A DNA stretch of 63,901 nt, the filler included, from an uncultured bacterium (GTDB lineage: Bacteria; CAZSTA01), in assembly GCA_964609495.1 (NCBI GenBank). It is 3 parts of 3 records of this genome, joined end to end, with 100 filler letters (N's around TTAATTAATTAA, not from the genome) between each part and the next. Parts side by side here need not be neighbours in the genome. Positions count along the whole stretch, not along the records: positions 23,618 to 47,005 come from CAZSTA010000036.1; 2 more parts are not named here. The stretch is one strand, 5' to 3'. Within the stretch, counting starts at the first letter, position 1. Each line of letters begins with the position of its first letter. Below the pieces are notes generated by a model that was not told where the DNA came from, did not search any database, and saw nothing but the letters and a program-made list of their open reading frames with translations. Below are positions 36,199-46,625 of the stretch, piece by piece. The position numbers were made by a program, and so were the translations under genes.

Positions 36199-36939
36199 CT
36201 AGTTAGCTGATATTTCCTCCAATTCATAGCCTTCCACATAGTTGATATAAAGCTCGACTAGATCCTGCTTCTCCACCTCCTCCTTGCTCAGTATGCTAAT
36301 AAGATTTCCCTCGTTCATTATTCCCACCCTATCGGCGATCATTCTAGCTCGGAATACATCGTGGGTGGTCATCAAAATGGCTCTATTCTCCTCCCTTAAT
36401 TCTCTCAATAGATCTAGGAATTCCGCACCTCCCTTGGGATCAAGGCCAGAGGTGGGCTCATCCAGCAGGATCAACTCCGCCTCCTTCATAATAGCGATCG
36501 CTATTCCTAGTCTCTGCCTCATCCCCTTAGAGAAGCTTCGCACCCTTCTCCGGAAGGATTCCTCGGGAAGACCTACCCTACCTAGGGCTCGATCGCAATC
36601 CTCTACGGTGGGATTCCTTCCCCCTAATCTGCTGAAAAATTCTAGATTCTGCCTCGCAGTGAAGTTATCATATACCCAAACGTTCTCCGAGACGTAAGCC
36701 ATATATCTCTTAGCTGAAAGAGGATCTTTCACCACATCGATCCCCTTTACCTTGATAGTCCCTCCCGTAGGCTCGATAAATCCCAGAATCAACATCAGAA
36801 GCGTGGTCTTTCCCGCGCCATTCGCCCCTAGCATGGTGAAGATCTCACCTTTATTAACCGTAAGGTTCAATTTATTTGCGGCTAAAACTCCGTTATCATA
36901 TCTCTTGCTCAAATCAGATATCTCTAACAATACTTTCAC
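36199..36939 (-). CDS. ABC transporter ATP-binding protein
   Basis: GANGAGKTT, FSKGMRQR, LLDEPTSGLDP. Confidence 0.95.
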   Translation of the reverse strand: MKVLLEISDLSKRYDNGVLAANKLNLTVNKGEIFTMLGANGAGKTTLLMLILGFIEPTGGTIKVKGIDVVKDPLSAKRYMAYVSENVWVYDNFTARQNLEFFSRLGGRNPTVEDCDRALGRVGLPEESFRRRVRSFSKGMRQRLGIAIAIMKEAELILLDEPTSGLDPKGGAEFLDLLRELREENRAILMTTHDVFRARMIADRVGIMNEGNLISILSKEEVEKQDLVELYINYVEGYELEEISAN

Positions 36940-36945
36940 CTCTCT

Positions 36946-38319
36946 CTATCGGACATCATATCTTAGAAATGAGATATAGGACGCGATGAAAAAGAACACA
37001 TTAAAGAAGATGAGCAGAATAATATCGGTCCAAACATTCCTCATATCATCAGCTAGACTCTTATCAGAATAGACGAAGGGAGGCATATCGCTTACATCCA
37101 CCGTAGCAACAAGATTAGCTGGTCCCCCTTCCTTTATCTTCTTAAATGAGTACTTTATGAACTCGGCTTTGAATCTCCTAACGCTCTCCTTAAAGTGTCG
37201 CTGGCGGCTCTCATCGGTTCGCGCTAGAGCTGACACTGCACTGGCATAAGAGGCCGCGGGCGATATTCTGGCTATATTCTTAGCTATGCTCAACTGCTTG
37301 TCCAATTTCTTCTCGAATGATACCTGGATCTCCTGTTTCCTCCGACTGATATTCTCAAACATCTGATCCTGCCTGGGATTGGAGAAGATGTCAGGAGTGA
37401 AGCGGAATCCCTTCTCCTTCTGAAACTCGTATAGCCACTCTTCGTAATCATCTATCTCCTCCTGCTCCACCCTTGCTTTCTCTGTTTGTATCTGCTGAAT
37501 CGAAGGTATAGGATATATCTGCTTAGCTACCACAGTGCTTAATTTGGGAATCGCTAGAACAAAGATCGCCCAGATCAGAAGTAGGGATAAGAGAGTAGTT
37601 GAAGATCTGGCAGTATTTGAGGACACGAATAACCCTATATTGAAGAATACGAATATGTAGAGGAAGGAGATGAGGAGGATGAGGCCTATTCTCATCCAAT
37701 CCTCACTATTCAGGATAAAAACTGGGGATAACCTCATAATTAGAAAACCACCTAAAAGGGAGATTATAAAGGGAGTCACTAAGCTTAGATATCCCCCTAT
37801 AACCTTCCCTAAGATCACATAGTCTCTGGGGAGGGCATTAGCCAACATCAAACGCAGAGTCCCTCTTTCCTTCTCTCCAGAGATAGCATCATAGGTGAAT
37901 AATATCGCTAATAGACTCATAACCACCCTCACGATGAAGCTGAGATCTAGAGTTCCGAAGAGGGCAAACATAGGATTACTGTCAAATATGCTTCTCTCCC
38001 AGTCTAGATCGAAGAAGGAGGATACCCTCATAACTTTACCTATTGCTCTCTCCATACCCTCAGATATCGTGCTTAAGATCGTGGGAGGTTTATCGATCTG
38101 CACTCCTAAGAAAGCCAAAAGCAATCCCCCTATATAGCTAGTAACTGTCTTCTTATGCAGGGTCACATTATTTCGATAATCCTCTAGATCCTTTTTATAT
38201 TTCTGAGTCAAGGTATAGACACTGGTAAATATTAAGACTAGGCAAAGAATGAAGGAGATTATGAATCTGAAGCTTAGAACGTTATGCATAAACTCCTTTT
38301 TAATTATCGTTCCAAACAT
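36946..38319 (-). CDS. ABC-2 type permease
   Basis: IIKKEF, YDAISGEKERGTLRL, ARISP. Confidence 0.88.
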   Translation of the reverse strand: MFGTIIKKEFMHNVLSFRFIISFILCLVLIFTSVYTLTQKYKKDLEDYRNNVTLHKKTVTSYIGGLLLAFLGVQIDKPPTILSTISEGMERAIGKVMRVSSFFDLDWERSIFDSNPMFALFGTLDLSFIVRVVMSLLAILFTYDAISGEKERGTLRLMLANALPRDYVILGKVIGGYLSLVTPFIISLLGGFLIMRLSPVFILNSEDWMRIGLILLISFLYIFVFFNIGLFVSSNTARSSTTLLSLLLIWAIFVLAIPKLSTVVAKQIYPIPSIQQIQTEKARVEQEEIDDYEEWLYEFQKEKGFRFTPDIFSNPRQDQMFENISRRKQEIQVSFEKKLDKQLSIAKNIARISPAASYASAVSALARTDESRQRHFKESVRRFKAEFIKYSFKKIKEGGPANLVATVDVSDMPPFVYSDKSLADDMRNVWTDIILLIFFNVFFFIASYISFLRYDVR

Positions 38320-38362
38320 AATATCTCACCTTTCAGGTATGCATATTCCTAATGATAGGTTG

Positions 38363-39742
38363 CTATATCAAATCATATCTCAAAAACGATATATAGGCGG
38401 ACATAAAGAAGAGAACTCCGAAAGCGGAAAGTAAAATTATATCAAGCCATACCTCTCGCAAGCTATCCGATAATCCTTCATCCTTATAGTTGAACTCGGG
38501 CAAGCCACTAACATCTATCCTTTTATTGGGATCGATTAGGGAGGTATCATAAGCCGAGTATAGGGTGGATTGATCCTTTTCCATAGTATCAAAGCAGAAC
38601 TTCATAAACTCTCTCTGATAGTTACGAGCCACATTTAAGAAGTGTTGCTGATGATTGAGACCAGTGCGAGAGAGAGCCGCAAGGGAATAGGCGTAGGAAG
38701 AAGAGGGAGATATCCTGGATATATTGCGAGCGAGTTGTAACTGTTTAAACCACTTCTTCTCATAAGACTCCTCTACTTTTCTCTTTCTCTCAGTTATATT
38801 AGCGAACATCTCGTTCTGTCTTTCGCTAAAGGACATACCCGAGCCACCCATCTCGTTCCATAGCAAGAAAGCGAAGATCTCCTCCTGCTCTATCATCTGT
38901 TCCTCGGTGCGCACCTCCTGGGAGGAGGGCAGGGGAGATACTTGATCGGCGATCACCATACTTATCTTGGGGACGGCTAAGACGAATATCGCCCAGATAA
39001 GAAGGAGGGCTAAAAGAGAGGTGGCTGAATTTTTGGTTCGGGAGGAGACGAATAATCCTAAGTTGAAAAAGACGAATATATAGAGAAAGGATAGCAATAC
39101 GATCAAAAGCACTCTAATCCAGTCCTCCCCAACCAATCTAAAGACCGGGGAGAAGTTCATCGCGATGAAGCCACCGATTAGAGAGACAACGAAGGGCATA
39201 AGAAGACTTAGATATCCGCCTAATACTTTACCCAAGATTATAGAGTATCGAGGAACGGCATTAGCCATTATAAGACGAAGTGTTCCCCTCTCCCGTTCGC
39301 CGGAGACCGCGTCATAAGTGAACAGTATCGCTAATAGACTCACAACGATTCGAATGATGAAGTTCAGATCCAAGGCGCCGAAGATCGAGATCATCGGATC
39401 TTCCTCAGCTAAATTTCCTCTCAAAGTGGGAGTGAAAAAGGTTGATATTCGCAGAACTTTACCGGCGAAATCCTCCATTCCCCTAGCTATAACGCTTAAG
39501 ACTGTAGGACGTTTATCGACCTCTATACCGGAGAATCCCAGATAGAAGCCACTGGTATAATTCTTAACCGCCCTCTGGTGCATTACTACGCTCTTTCGAT
39601 AGTTCTGCAATTCCTCTCCATAATCCTGAACAAGCGTCCAAGAACTCACCATTATTAATATGAAGCAGAGAACGAAGGATATGATGAATCTAAAACTTAA
39701 CACGTTTTCCAAGAATTCCTTCTTAGCTATGATCCAGATCAT
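38363..39742 (-). CDS. ABC-2 type permease (paralog of neighbour)
   Basis: IAKKEF, YDAVSGERERGTLRL, SRISP. Confidence 0.88.
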   Translation of the reverse strand: MIWIIAKKEFLENVLSFRFIISFVLCFILIMVSSWTLVQDYGEELQNYRKSVVMHQRAVKNYTSGFYLGFSGIEVDKRPTVLSVIARGMEDFAGKVLRISTFFTPTLRGNLAEEDPMISIFGALDLNFIIRIVVSLLAILFTYDAVSGERERGTLRLIMANAVPRYSIILGKVLGGYLSLLMPFVVSLIGGFIAMNFSPVFRLVGEDWIRVLLIVLLSFLYIFVFFNLGLFVSSRTKNSATSLLALLLIWAIFVLAVPKISMVIADQVSPLPSSQEVRTEEQMIEQEEIFAFLLWNEMGGSGMSFSERQNEMFANITERKRKVEESYEKKWFKQLQLARNISRISPSSSYAYSLAALSRTGLNHQQHFLNVARNYQREFMKFCFDTMEKDQSTLYSAYDTSLIDPNKRIDVSGLPEFNYKDEGLSDSLREVWLDIILLSAFGVLFFMSAYISFLRYDLI

Positions 39743-39759
39743 ATAATCCTCCCAGAGAG

Positions 39760-41070
39760 CTATCTCCTACTTAATCTCACGGTGAATATAGCTACTCCTA
39801 TTACTAATACGATCAAAACTCCGGTCAAAATTATATTACCTGTTATCCCCGCAGGTTTGCCCAGATTTATGCGAACGGACTTTTCCTCAGATTCGACCAG
39901 TTTATTATTAACAGTGCAATTTGCCGAGACTACTAGCTCGAAGTCTCCTACTCCCTCCTCTGGAGGGGGAGTCAGGGTCATCTTCACCAGTTGTTCCTTA
40001 CCTACGGGCAAGGAGTCTATCTTTTCGGGATCGAGTTCTATCTCCCATTGATAGGGAATGCTCGTTTCTATCTTAATATCTCTCAACTCCAAAGTCCCCT
40101 TATTCTTAACGCTCATCCTGATATGCGCCTTCTCACCTGGTTTGATCTGCTCGAATAAATTGGAGGCATAAAGCTCCAACTCTCCAACTCCTCGGGGAGT
40201 GAGCATTAACTCTACGTTAGTCCCTCTCAAGTTCATAAGCTCTTTAGGGACAGCCTTTCCTCTCGCTTGTAATTCAGCCGCTACCTCGACCTTTTGATCG
40301 ACTACTAGAGCATAGAAAGTGATCGTATTATCTAATAGCTCCTTATCCTTGAGTTCCTCGGGAAGATAAACAACTAATGAGAGATCTTTTAGATATTCTT
40401 CCTCGGTGAACTTGGTACTGGAAAGACGAGCATTGGTCTTAGGATCTATGAAGTCGGAGGTTATATCCTCGGGAAGTCCACTAACCAGCAACTTATAAGT
40501 CCCTTCGGCGCCAGTTAGAGTCTCTATACTTATATCATAAGTAATGTCGCTTCCGAGATTCCCCTCCTGAGCGAACTGCACCGAGTTTATCCTGATATCC
40601 CCTGAGGTGGTATCTTTCAGAAGCCTAACCCTTCTCTCTATATAACTACCAAGATATTCCAATCCTATATCCAGCTCATTTACATTCTTTAATAGCTCGA
40701 AGGATAAAGTCTTCTCCTGATTATACTTAAGAGCAGGTATCCTTTGTTCATAGGGAGTAGTAATAATAACTCCGTTACTTCTTAAATAGACATAGACATT
40801 ATCTATCTCATCCTCAACGGTCACCTCGTAATAAGGGGCTCCGCTTTCATAACGCCTTTCTACTTCTTTAGTATATTCCCTAGTTACGTTCTTTAGAGTG
40901 ACTTCGACCATCTTCGAACCATCTTCGGATACATATCTCTTAGCACCAACTATTTCTATGTGAGGTAAGCCATCTGGTAAGAATATCCTATATTCAGCGG
41001 AAAAAACATCTGTCTTTAAGGGCATCAAGGCTATAGAAATCAGAATTATCAAATATAATTTTCCTTTCAA
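39760..41070 (-). CDS. Exported NEW3/Ig-like domain protein with C-terminal TM
   Basis: Signal peptide; VKNKGTLEL...PYQW...LPVG...GDF pattern; TM followed by SRR. Confidence 0.75.
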   Translation of the reverse strand: MKGKLYLIILISIALMPLKTDVFSAEYRIFLPDGLPHIEIVGAKRYVSEDGSKMVEVTLKNVTREYTKEVERRYESGAPYYEVTVEDEIDNVYVYLRSNGVIITTPYEQRIPALKYNQEKTLSFELLKNVNELDIGLEYLGSYIERRVRLLKDTTSGDIRINSVQFAQEGNLGSDITYDISIETLTGAEGTYKLLVSGLPEDITSDFIDPKTNARLSSTKFTEEEYLKDLSLVVYLPEELKDKELLDNTITFYALVVDQKVEVAAELQARGKAVPKELMNLRGTNVELMLTPRGVGELELYASNLFEQIKPGEKAHIRMSVKNKGTLELRDIKIETSIPYQWEIELDPEKIDSLPVGKEQLVKMTLTPPPEEGVGDFELVVSANCTVNNKLVESEEKSVRINLGKPAGITGNIILTGVLIVLVIGVAIFTVRLSRR

Positions 41071-41162
41071 CTTCGATTACCCCTTTTCTTGAGAAACCCG
41101 AGTTGGTAACCTAACATTAATTATACCAAATTTTATCGAGAAAATAAAGATAAAAGTCATTC

Positions 41163-41191
41163 TTGACTTTATAACTAAGGTGTGATATAAT
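41163..41191 (+). promoter_or_regulatory. sigma70 promoter of the sugar ABC operon
   Basis: TTGACT-17-TATAAT. Confidence 0.7.
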
Positions 41192-41318
41192 ACAAATTAG
41201 GACTTCCTCTTTAAATTTTCGGGGAGCGCACAATGAAAATAATTTCGCTTGAGAAATTGCGCCATCTCCCGAAGATAAAGAGCGAGTCAAATACAAAATA
41301 AAAAAAGGAGGAATAGAA

Positions 41319-42650
41319 ATGTCTTGGAAGAAAGGTGTAGTACTAATCTTATCACTCACCTTACTATTTACCTTGTTTAGCTCAGCGCTAGCTGAGGAGA
41401 AGATCAAGATGAAGTTCACCTATTGGGGTAGTGCCCTGGAGAAAAAGGTGGTCGTCGATCTGGTGGAAGACTTTATGGAGATTCATCCCGATGTCGAGAT
41501 CGAGGCTATCCATATTCCTGATGCTTACACGGAAAAGATAAGCGCTATGGTAGCTGGTGGAGTAGCTCCAGATGTCGGTTATCTTGGCGAGGCAATAGCC
41601 TTAGAGTGGGCGGAGGAAGGAATAATCAAGGATTTGACCCCTTATATCGAGAGCGACCCCACCTTTGAACCTCGCCTTGAGATGGCCTGGTATTACTATG
41701 ATGGAGGGAAGAAGACGCTGGCTACGAACACCGCAGTAGAGGTTATGTTATTCTGGTATAATAAGGATATGTTCGATAATGCCGGTGTAGATTATCCTCC
41801 TGCCAAGGCTGAAGAGGCTTGGACTTGGGATGAGCTTGTCGATGTAGCTAAGAAGATGACGCTCGATCGGAGTGGAAACCATCCTGATGATGAGGATTTT
41901 GATTCAACTAACGTCAAGACCTTTGGTATAAGTCCTGGCACCTGGTGGGCGCCGGTCCTGCCCTTTATCTGGAGTAACGAGGGCGCCCTATTCACTGAGG
42001 ATGGAATGGATACCCTGATCGACAGCCCTGAAACCATCGAGGCTCTCCAGGGACTCGGGGATTTGATCCACAAGTATCATGTCGCTCCTACGCCAGCTCA
42101 ACAAGCCAACCTACCTTCCTTCAGCATTATGCTACAGAGTCAGCAGGTAGCTATGGTAGTGGATGGACAATGGGCACTTCTTGATTTGGCTCAAGCTCGC
42201 TTCACCCTGGGAGTAGCTCCGATACCAGTATTTAAGAAACCCGTGTGTGTCGAGTTGGGCGCCCCTTCAGTTATCTTTAAATCGACCAAATATCCAGATA
42301 TGTCTTGGGAGTTTTACAAGTGGCACACTAGCGCGGAGGGATGCTTACCTCTTCTCCAAAATGGTCTGTGGATGCCCCTCCAGACGAATTGGTATACCGA
42401 ACCTGAACTACTGGAGAAGTGGCTCACCCCCGATGTTCATCCACCTGAGTATAAGACAGCCGTGGTGGATTACCTTCTTGGCTACGGACGTTCAGCTCCG
42501 ATCTACTATCTAAGGAACTGGCCAAAGATCATAGATACTATCAATGCTGATCTGGATTCGATATGGCTTGGAGAGCAGACGGCTGAGAAGACTTGTGGCG
42601 AGTTAGCTCCGAAAGTCAAGGAGATGATGCAAGGTAGATATGATCGTTAA
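41319..42650 (+). CDS. Carbohydrate ABC transporter solute-binding protein
   Basis: Signal peptide; APDV, WYNKDMFDNAGV, WTWDEL. Confidence 0.9.
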   Translation: MSWKKGVVLILSLTLLFTLFSSALAEEKIKMKFTYWGSALEKKVVVDLVEDFMEIHPDVEIEAIHIPDAYTEKISAMVAGGVAPDVGYLGEAIALEWAEEGIIKDLTPYIESDPTFEPRLEMAWYYYDGGKKTLATNTAVEVMLFWYNKDMFDNAGVDYPPAKAEEAWTWDELVDVAKKMTLDRSGNHPDDEDFDSTNVKTFGISPGTWWAPVLPFIWSNEGALFTEDGMDTLIDSPETIEALQGLGDLIHKYHVAPTPAQQANLPSFSIMLQSQQVAMVVDGQWALLDLAQARFTLGVAPIPVFKKPVCVELGAPSVIFKSTKYPDMSWEFYKWHTSAEGCLPLLQNGLWMPLQTNWYTEPELLEKWLTPDVHPPEYKTAVVDYLLGYGRSAPIYYLRNWPKIIDTINADLDSIWLGEQTAEKTCGELAPKVKEMMQGRYDR

Positions 42651-42657
42651 CGATTCA

Positions 42658-42692
42658 GAGTCCCCGGCTGGGAGTTTCCCCACCGGGGACTC
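42658..42692. other. Intercistronic hairpin after the solute-binding gene
   Basis: gagtccccgg...ccggggactc, no U-tract. Confidence 0.6.
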
Positions 42693-42712
42693 CGCTTTAC
42701 AAGGATTGAGCT

Positions 42713-43633
42713 ATGACAACAATGACTAAAGCTAGGAAAATGCGTCGCATCGGCCGGAAGGAAGCGATGTGGGGTATTATTTTCGCCCTTCCTGCTATGT
42801 TAGGTTTTCTGATCTGGACTGTGGGACCTATGCTAGCTAGCTTTGGCCTTAGTCTAACTAGATGGACTGTTGCCGGGCAACCTCAATTTACCGGGTTGGC
42901 GAACTACCGGGCTATGTTCTTTGAAGATGACCTGTTCTGGAAGTCGATCGGCGTCACTGCTTATTATGCTATTGGAAGCGTCCCCGCGGTGACCATTTCC
43001 GCTTTTCTAGTGGCGATGCTCCTGAACCAGAAGGTTAAGGCGTTAGCTACCTTCCGGACCATCTTTTATCTTCCTTCCATCGTCCCCGTGATCGCTAGTT
43101 CAGTGCTCTGGATGTGGCTCTTCAATCCCGATTTCGGACTACTGAATTTAATACTTGGGAAGTTTGGGCTTCCTCGTCTGCAATGGATATATAGTTCTCG
43201 ACAGGTGATTCCTTCATTGATCATGATGAGTGGATGGGCGATGGGAAACACTATGGTGATCTTCCTAGCTGGACTGCAAGGAGTCCCTCAGTACCTCTAT
43301 GAAGTAGTAGAGATCGACGGGGGGAATTGGTGGCACAAATTTCGCCACATCACTATCCCGATGATATCTCCTATTATCTTTTTCAACGTGGTGATGAACA
43401 TCATCGGCAGTTTTCAGGTCTTCACCCAAGCCTATATTATGACCGACGGAGGGCCAAAAAACGCTAGCTTGTTCTATGTATTCTATCTTTATCGTAGTGC
43501 TTTCCTATACAATAAGATGGGATATGCCTGCGGTCTAGCCTGGATACTCTTCTTGATCATCTTAGCCTTTACAATAGTTGTCTTCAAATCGGCTCCCTTC
43601 TGGGTCTATTACGAAGCGGAAAGGAGGCGGTAA
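42713..43633 (+). CDS. Carbohydrate ABC permease
   Basis: FRTIFYLP, LAGLQGVP..LYE...IDG. Confidence 0.93.
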   Translation: MTTMTKARKMRRIGRKEAMWGIIFALPAMLGFLIWTVGPMLASFGLSLTRWTVAGQPQFTGLANYRAMFFEDDLFWKSIGVTAYYAIGSVPAVTISAFLVAMLLNQKVKALATFRTIFYLPSIVPVIASSVLWMWLFNPDFGLLNLILGKFGLPRLQWIYSSRQVIPSLIMMSGWAMGNTMVIFLAGLQGVPQYLYEVVEIDGGNWWHKFRHITIPMISPIIFFNVVMNIIGSFQVFTQAYIMTDGGPKNASLFYVFYLYRSAFLYNKMGYACGLAWILFLIILAFTIVVFKSAPFWVYYEAERRR

Positions 43634-43634
43634 T

Positions 43635-44516
43635 ATGGCTTCTCAAACATCTACCCGCTCCAAAGTCGCCTGGTGGCAGAGCAAAAGTGGAACGCGGAAG
43701 GCAGGTCGAGTTGTTACCTACCTCCTATTGATCTTTGGTAGTATCGTTATGCTTATCCCTTTTGTCTGGCTGGTTCGTAGTTCGTTTATGGAGCTCGGTC
43801 AGATATTCATCATTCCTCCCGAATGGATCCCGCGTCCTTTTACTTTTATGAACTATGTGGATGCCTTCACTGCGGTGCCCTTCTTCCGCTACTTTCTTAA
43901 TACAATGATCATCTTGGTTAGTGTGGAGGTGGGAGTGTTGCTCTCCAGTTCTATATCCGCCTATAGTTTTGCGCGTCTGCGTTGGCCGGGACGTAATCTG
44001 ATCTTCGTCATTCTGCTCAGTGGACTTATGTTGCCCTATGCGGTGACTTTAATTCCCACTTTTATCCTATGGAGGTATCTGGGAGGGATCAACACGTTCC
44101 TTCCTCTGACGGTGCCAGCCTGGTTTGGAGGGGGAATCTTCAATATCTTCTTGTTACGGCAGTTCTTTATGACTATCCCTATCGAACTAGATGAAGCCGC
44201 TCATATCGACGGAGCTACCTTCTTTCAAGTCTATTATAAGATCATTCTTCCTTTATCGAAACCAGCTTTGATCGTGGTCGCAGTTTTTAACTTTATGTGG
44301 GTCTGGAACGATTTCCTAGGACCGATTATCTACCTTAATGACCCGGATAAGTTCACTCTAGCTATTGGATTAGCAGGATTCAAAAGCATTTACTCCGCTC
44401 AGTGGCATCTCTTGATGGCGGCTTCCACCGCGGTTCTCCTGCCTATGATCATCGTGTTCTTCATTGGGCAGAAATATTTCATCCAGGGGATCGCCTTGAC
44501 CGGGTTGAAAGGATGA
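43635..44516 (+). CDS. Carbohydrate ABC permease
   Basis: AYSFARL, FLLRQFF..IPIELDEAAHIDG; ATG after aaggagg. Confidence 0.93.
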   Translation: MASQTSTRSKVAWWQSKSGTRKAGRVVTYLLLIFGSIVMLIPFVWLVRSSFMELGQIFIIPPEWIPRPFTFMNYVDAFTAVPFFRYFLNTMIILVSVEVGVLLSSSISAYSFARLRWPGRNLIFVILLSGLMLPYAVTLIPTFILWRYLGGINTFLPLTVPAWFGGGIFNIFLLRQFFMTIPIELDEAAHIDGATFFQVYYKIILPLSKPALIVVAVFNFMWVWNDFLGPIIYLNDPDKFTLAIGLAGFKSIYSAQWHLLMAASTAVLLPMIIVFFIGQKYFIQGIALTGLKG

Positions 44517-44541
44517 GATTTTAAATATCTTCTATAAAAAA

Positions 44542-44573
44542 ATTAGCTCAGGGGAGAAATCCCCTGAGCTAAT
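44542..44573. terminator. Terminator between convergent genes
   Basis: attagctcagggga-gaaa-tcccctgagctaat, 14-bp stem. Confidence 0.8.
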
Positions 44574-44594
44574 CTATTAAATAGGGTTTCTAAT

Positions 44595-45230
44595 TTAACG
44601 ATATCTGACGTAGAAGGTAACGGAGTCAGAAGCCCACTCCTTCGTGGAGACAGGCTTTACCTTAACCGCTAAAGCCTCGACGAAATCTGCTCCTTCCATA
44701 TCGTTCTTAGCGACCTCGGCGAAACCAGATTCTTCATAGCCCCCGTACTCGCTCAAGGCTCTAGGGGTCAAGTTAATTCGACCAAGAGTAGCGATAGCCT
44801 TTATAACCTCTGTCCCGGGAGGTCCTTCTACTATGAAATCGAAGCCGTAGCTAGGAGCAGGGATTCTATAGATGCGGTTAGCTCTGACGAAGTTATTGGA
44901 ATGATAAGCGTTGGGGAAGATAATAGTTACTCCACCTTGAGGGGGAAAATCTATCAGGGTTAAGTAACAATCCCTATCCGACTTGAAATAGACATAGAGT
45001 TTATCCCCTGGACGATATACTCCCCCATCGCCTCTATCTACCCATACATCGACATAGAAAGGAGAAGTGGGGTTAACAACTACCTTTTTAACTTTTACCT
45101 GAAGGGCGGAGGCTCCTTCTTCTTCCTCCTCAACTGTTTTTGTTTCTATATCCTCTTGGGCAAAAGCTACGAAAGTAAACGCAAAGACTAACGTTAGGGC
45201 TAACAACAAACCAAATAGTTTCTTAACCAT
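44595..45230 (-). CDS. Exported DUF4384-like protein
   Basis: VDVWVDR..YRPGD...DCYL...IFPN...GTEVIKAIAT. Confidence 0.8.
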   Translation of the reverse strand: MVKKLFGLLLALTLVFAFTFVAFAQEDIETKTVEEEEEGASALQVKVKKVVVNPTSPFYVDVWVDRGDGGVYRPGDKLYVYFKSDRDCYLTLIDFPPQGGVTIIFPNAYHSNNFVRANRIYRIPAPSYGFDFIVEGPPGTEVIKAIATLGRINLTPRALSEYGGYEESGFAEVAKNDMEGADFVEALAVKVKPVSTKEWASDSVTFYVRYR

Positions 45231-45331
45231 CTTATTTACCTCCTTTTAGTTAAACTTATATGTTCTCCATCCAAGTCTATAATATATTTATTTATCCCTG
45301 TCTATTTGATACCCCCTCTCTATAGAGATCA

Positions 45332-45934
45332 TCAACGATATCTTACATAGAAGACGACCGTATCCTCAGCCCAATTATTTCTGGGTATGGGTCTTACCCT
45401 ATCTATTAAGGTATCCACCAAAACCTTGGTATCCCCTACTTTTACACTAACTCGAGCAAAGCCATCTTGATATCCGCTGTATTGATCTATGCGCCTATCG
45501 AGTAGCCAGATATCCGAGAGAGTAGCGATAGCCTTTATAACTTCCATCCCCGAGGGGCCAGCTATACTAAATTCAAAGTCATGGCCAGGAGCTGGTATCC
45601 TATAGACTCTCCCTCCTCGGACGAAATTACCGGAGTGATAAGCGTTGGGAAATATAACTGTAGCTCCTCCCTCTGGGGGGAAGTCTATCAAGGTCAGATA
45701 GCAATCCCTGCCAGCCCTGAAATAGACATACAAATTGTCCCCTGGATAATAAATTCCTCCGTCTCCCCTATCCACCCAAACATCGATATTGAAGGAGGGA
45801 GTGGGATTAACTATTATCGTCTTTACCCTCACTTGTATACTTTCAATAGTAACAGTGATCTTTTGAGCTATAGTCGAGTAGGCGAAACCGAAGATCATAG
45901 CTAAAGTTAGCAGACAAATTATTGCTTTTCTCAT
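45332..45934 (-). CDS. Exported DUF4384-like protein (tandem paralog)
   Basis: Same motif set; both paralogs end FYVRYR. Confidence 0.8.
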   Translation of the reverse strand: MRKAIICLLTLAMIFGFAYSTIAQKITVTIESIQVRVKTIIVNPTPSFNIDVWVDRGDGGIYYPGDNLYVYFRAGRDCYLTLIDFPPEGGATVIFPNAYHSGNFVRGGRVYRIPAPGHDFEFSIAGPSGMEVIKAIATLSDIWLLDRRIDQYSGYQDGFARVSVKVGDTKVLVDTLIDRVRPIPRNNWAEDTVVFYVRYR

Positions 45935-46117
45935 AATATATTCCTCCTTAGTTTCTGATCAATACCATCCATATATATCATAAGAAAAAGGTTATAAAAA
46001 GTTTCACCCCCCAGAAATATTATTTTGCGTCTATCTAAAAAGCGTTTGAATTTTGAGATCTATTATAGTATAATAGATAAAGTAGCAGATATGAAATCCT
46101 GTAAGAGGTGATGGTTG

Positions 46118-46408
46118 ATGCCCAAAGTTATCAGTAGCGAGGAGATGGATCATATAGCTATGCTGAGCAGATTAGAGCTTACGGAAGAGGAGAAGGAAAA
46201 ATTCGCTCAGCATATTAATGATATTTTGGCTTATTTTCAAAAGCTAAATGAACTTGATACGGAAGATGTAGGACCAACCTCCCACATCTTGCCCATAAAA
46301 AATGTTTATCGCGAGGATATATCGGCTGAATCTATAGAGGGAGACAAGATGCTCTCCATAGCTCCTGATAAGGAAGACGGCTTTTTTAAGGTTCCACGCA
46401 TTATCTAG
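46118..46408 (+). CDS. gatC: Asp/Glu-tRNA amidotransferase subunit C
   Basis: HIAMLSRL, LNELDT..V.PT, NVYRED, FKVPRII. Confidence 0.93.
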   Translation: MPKVISSEEMDHIAMLSRLELTEEEKEKFAQHINDILAYFQKLNELDTEDVGPTSHILPIKNVYREDISAESIEGDKMLSIAPDKEDGFFKVPRII

Positions 46409-46440
46409 GTGGGAGAAGGGGTAATCAAGATGGCTGGAGA

Positions 46441-46547
46441 TTGACATACTCCAGGACTTTAGTCGTTGGATCCTGGGGTCAAGCAGTGATAGCCAGCAAG
46501 GTTGGTCGAACATCACCTAACCCAAGAGTTGAGGCGCCCCATCTCAA
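46441..46547 (-). mobile_element. Orphan tnpB 3' end/IS200-IS605 right end (omega-RNA-like)
   Basis: Minus strand encodes LRWGASTLGLGDVRPTLLAITA* (TnpB-like tail), then ggatccaacgactaaagtcctggagtatgtcaa right-end hairpin. Confidence 0.75.
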
Positions 46548-46625
46548 AGATCAGCATTTCATTTCTTTAGGTCTAGCTGAAGAGCAATGGGTATTTTACC
46601 ATGCCTATGGCAAAGAACTACCTAT

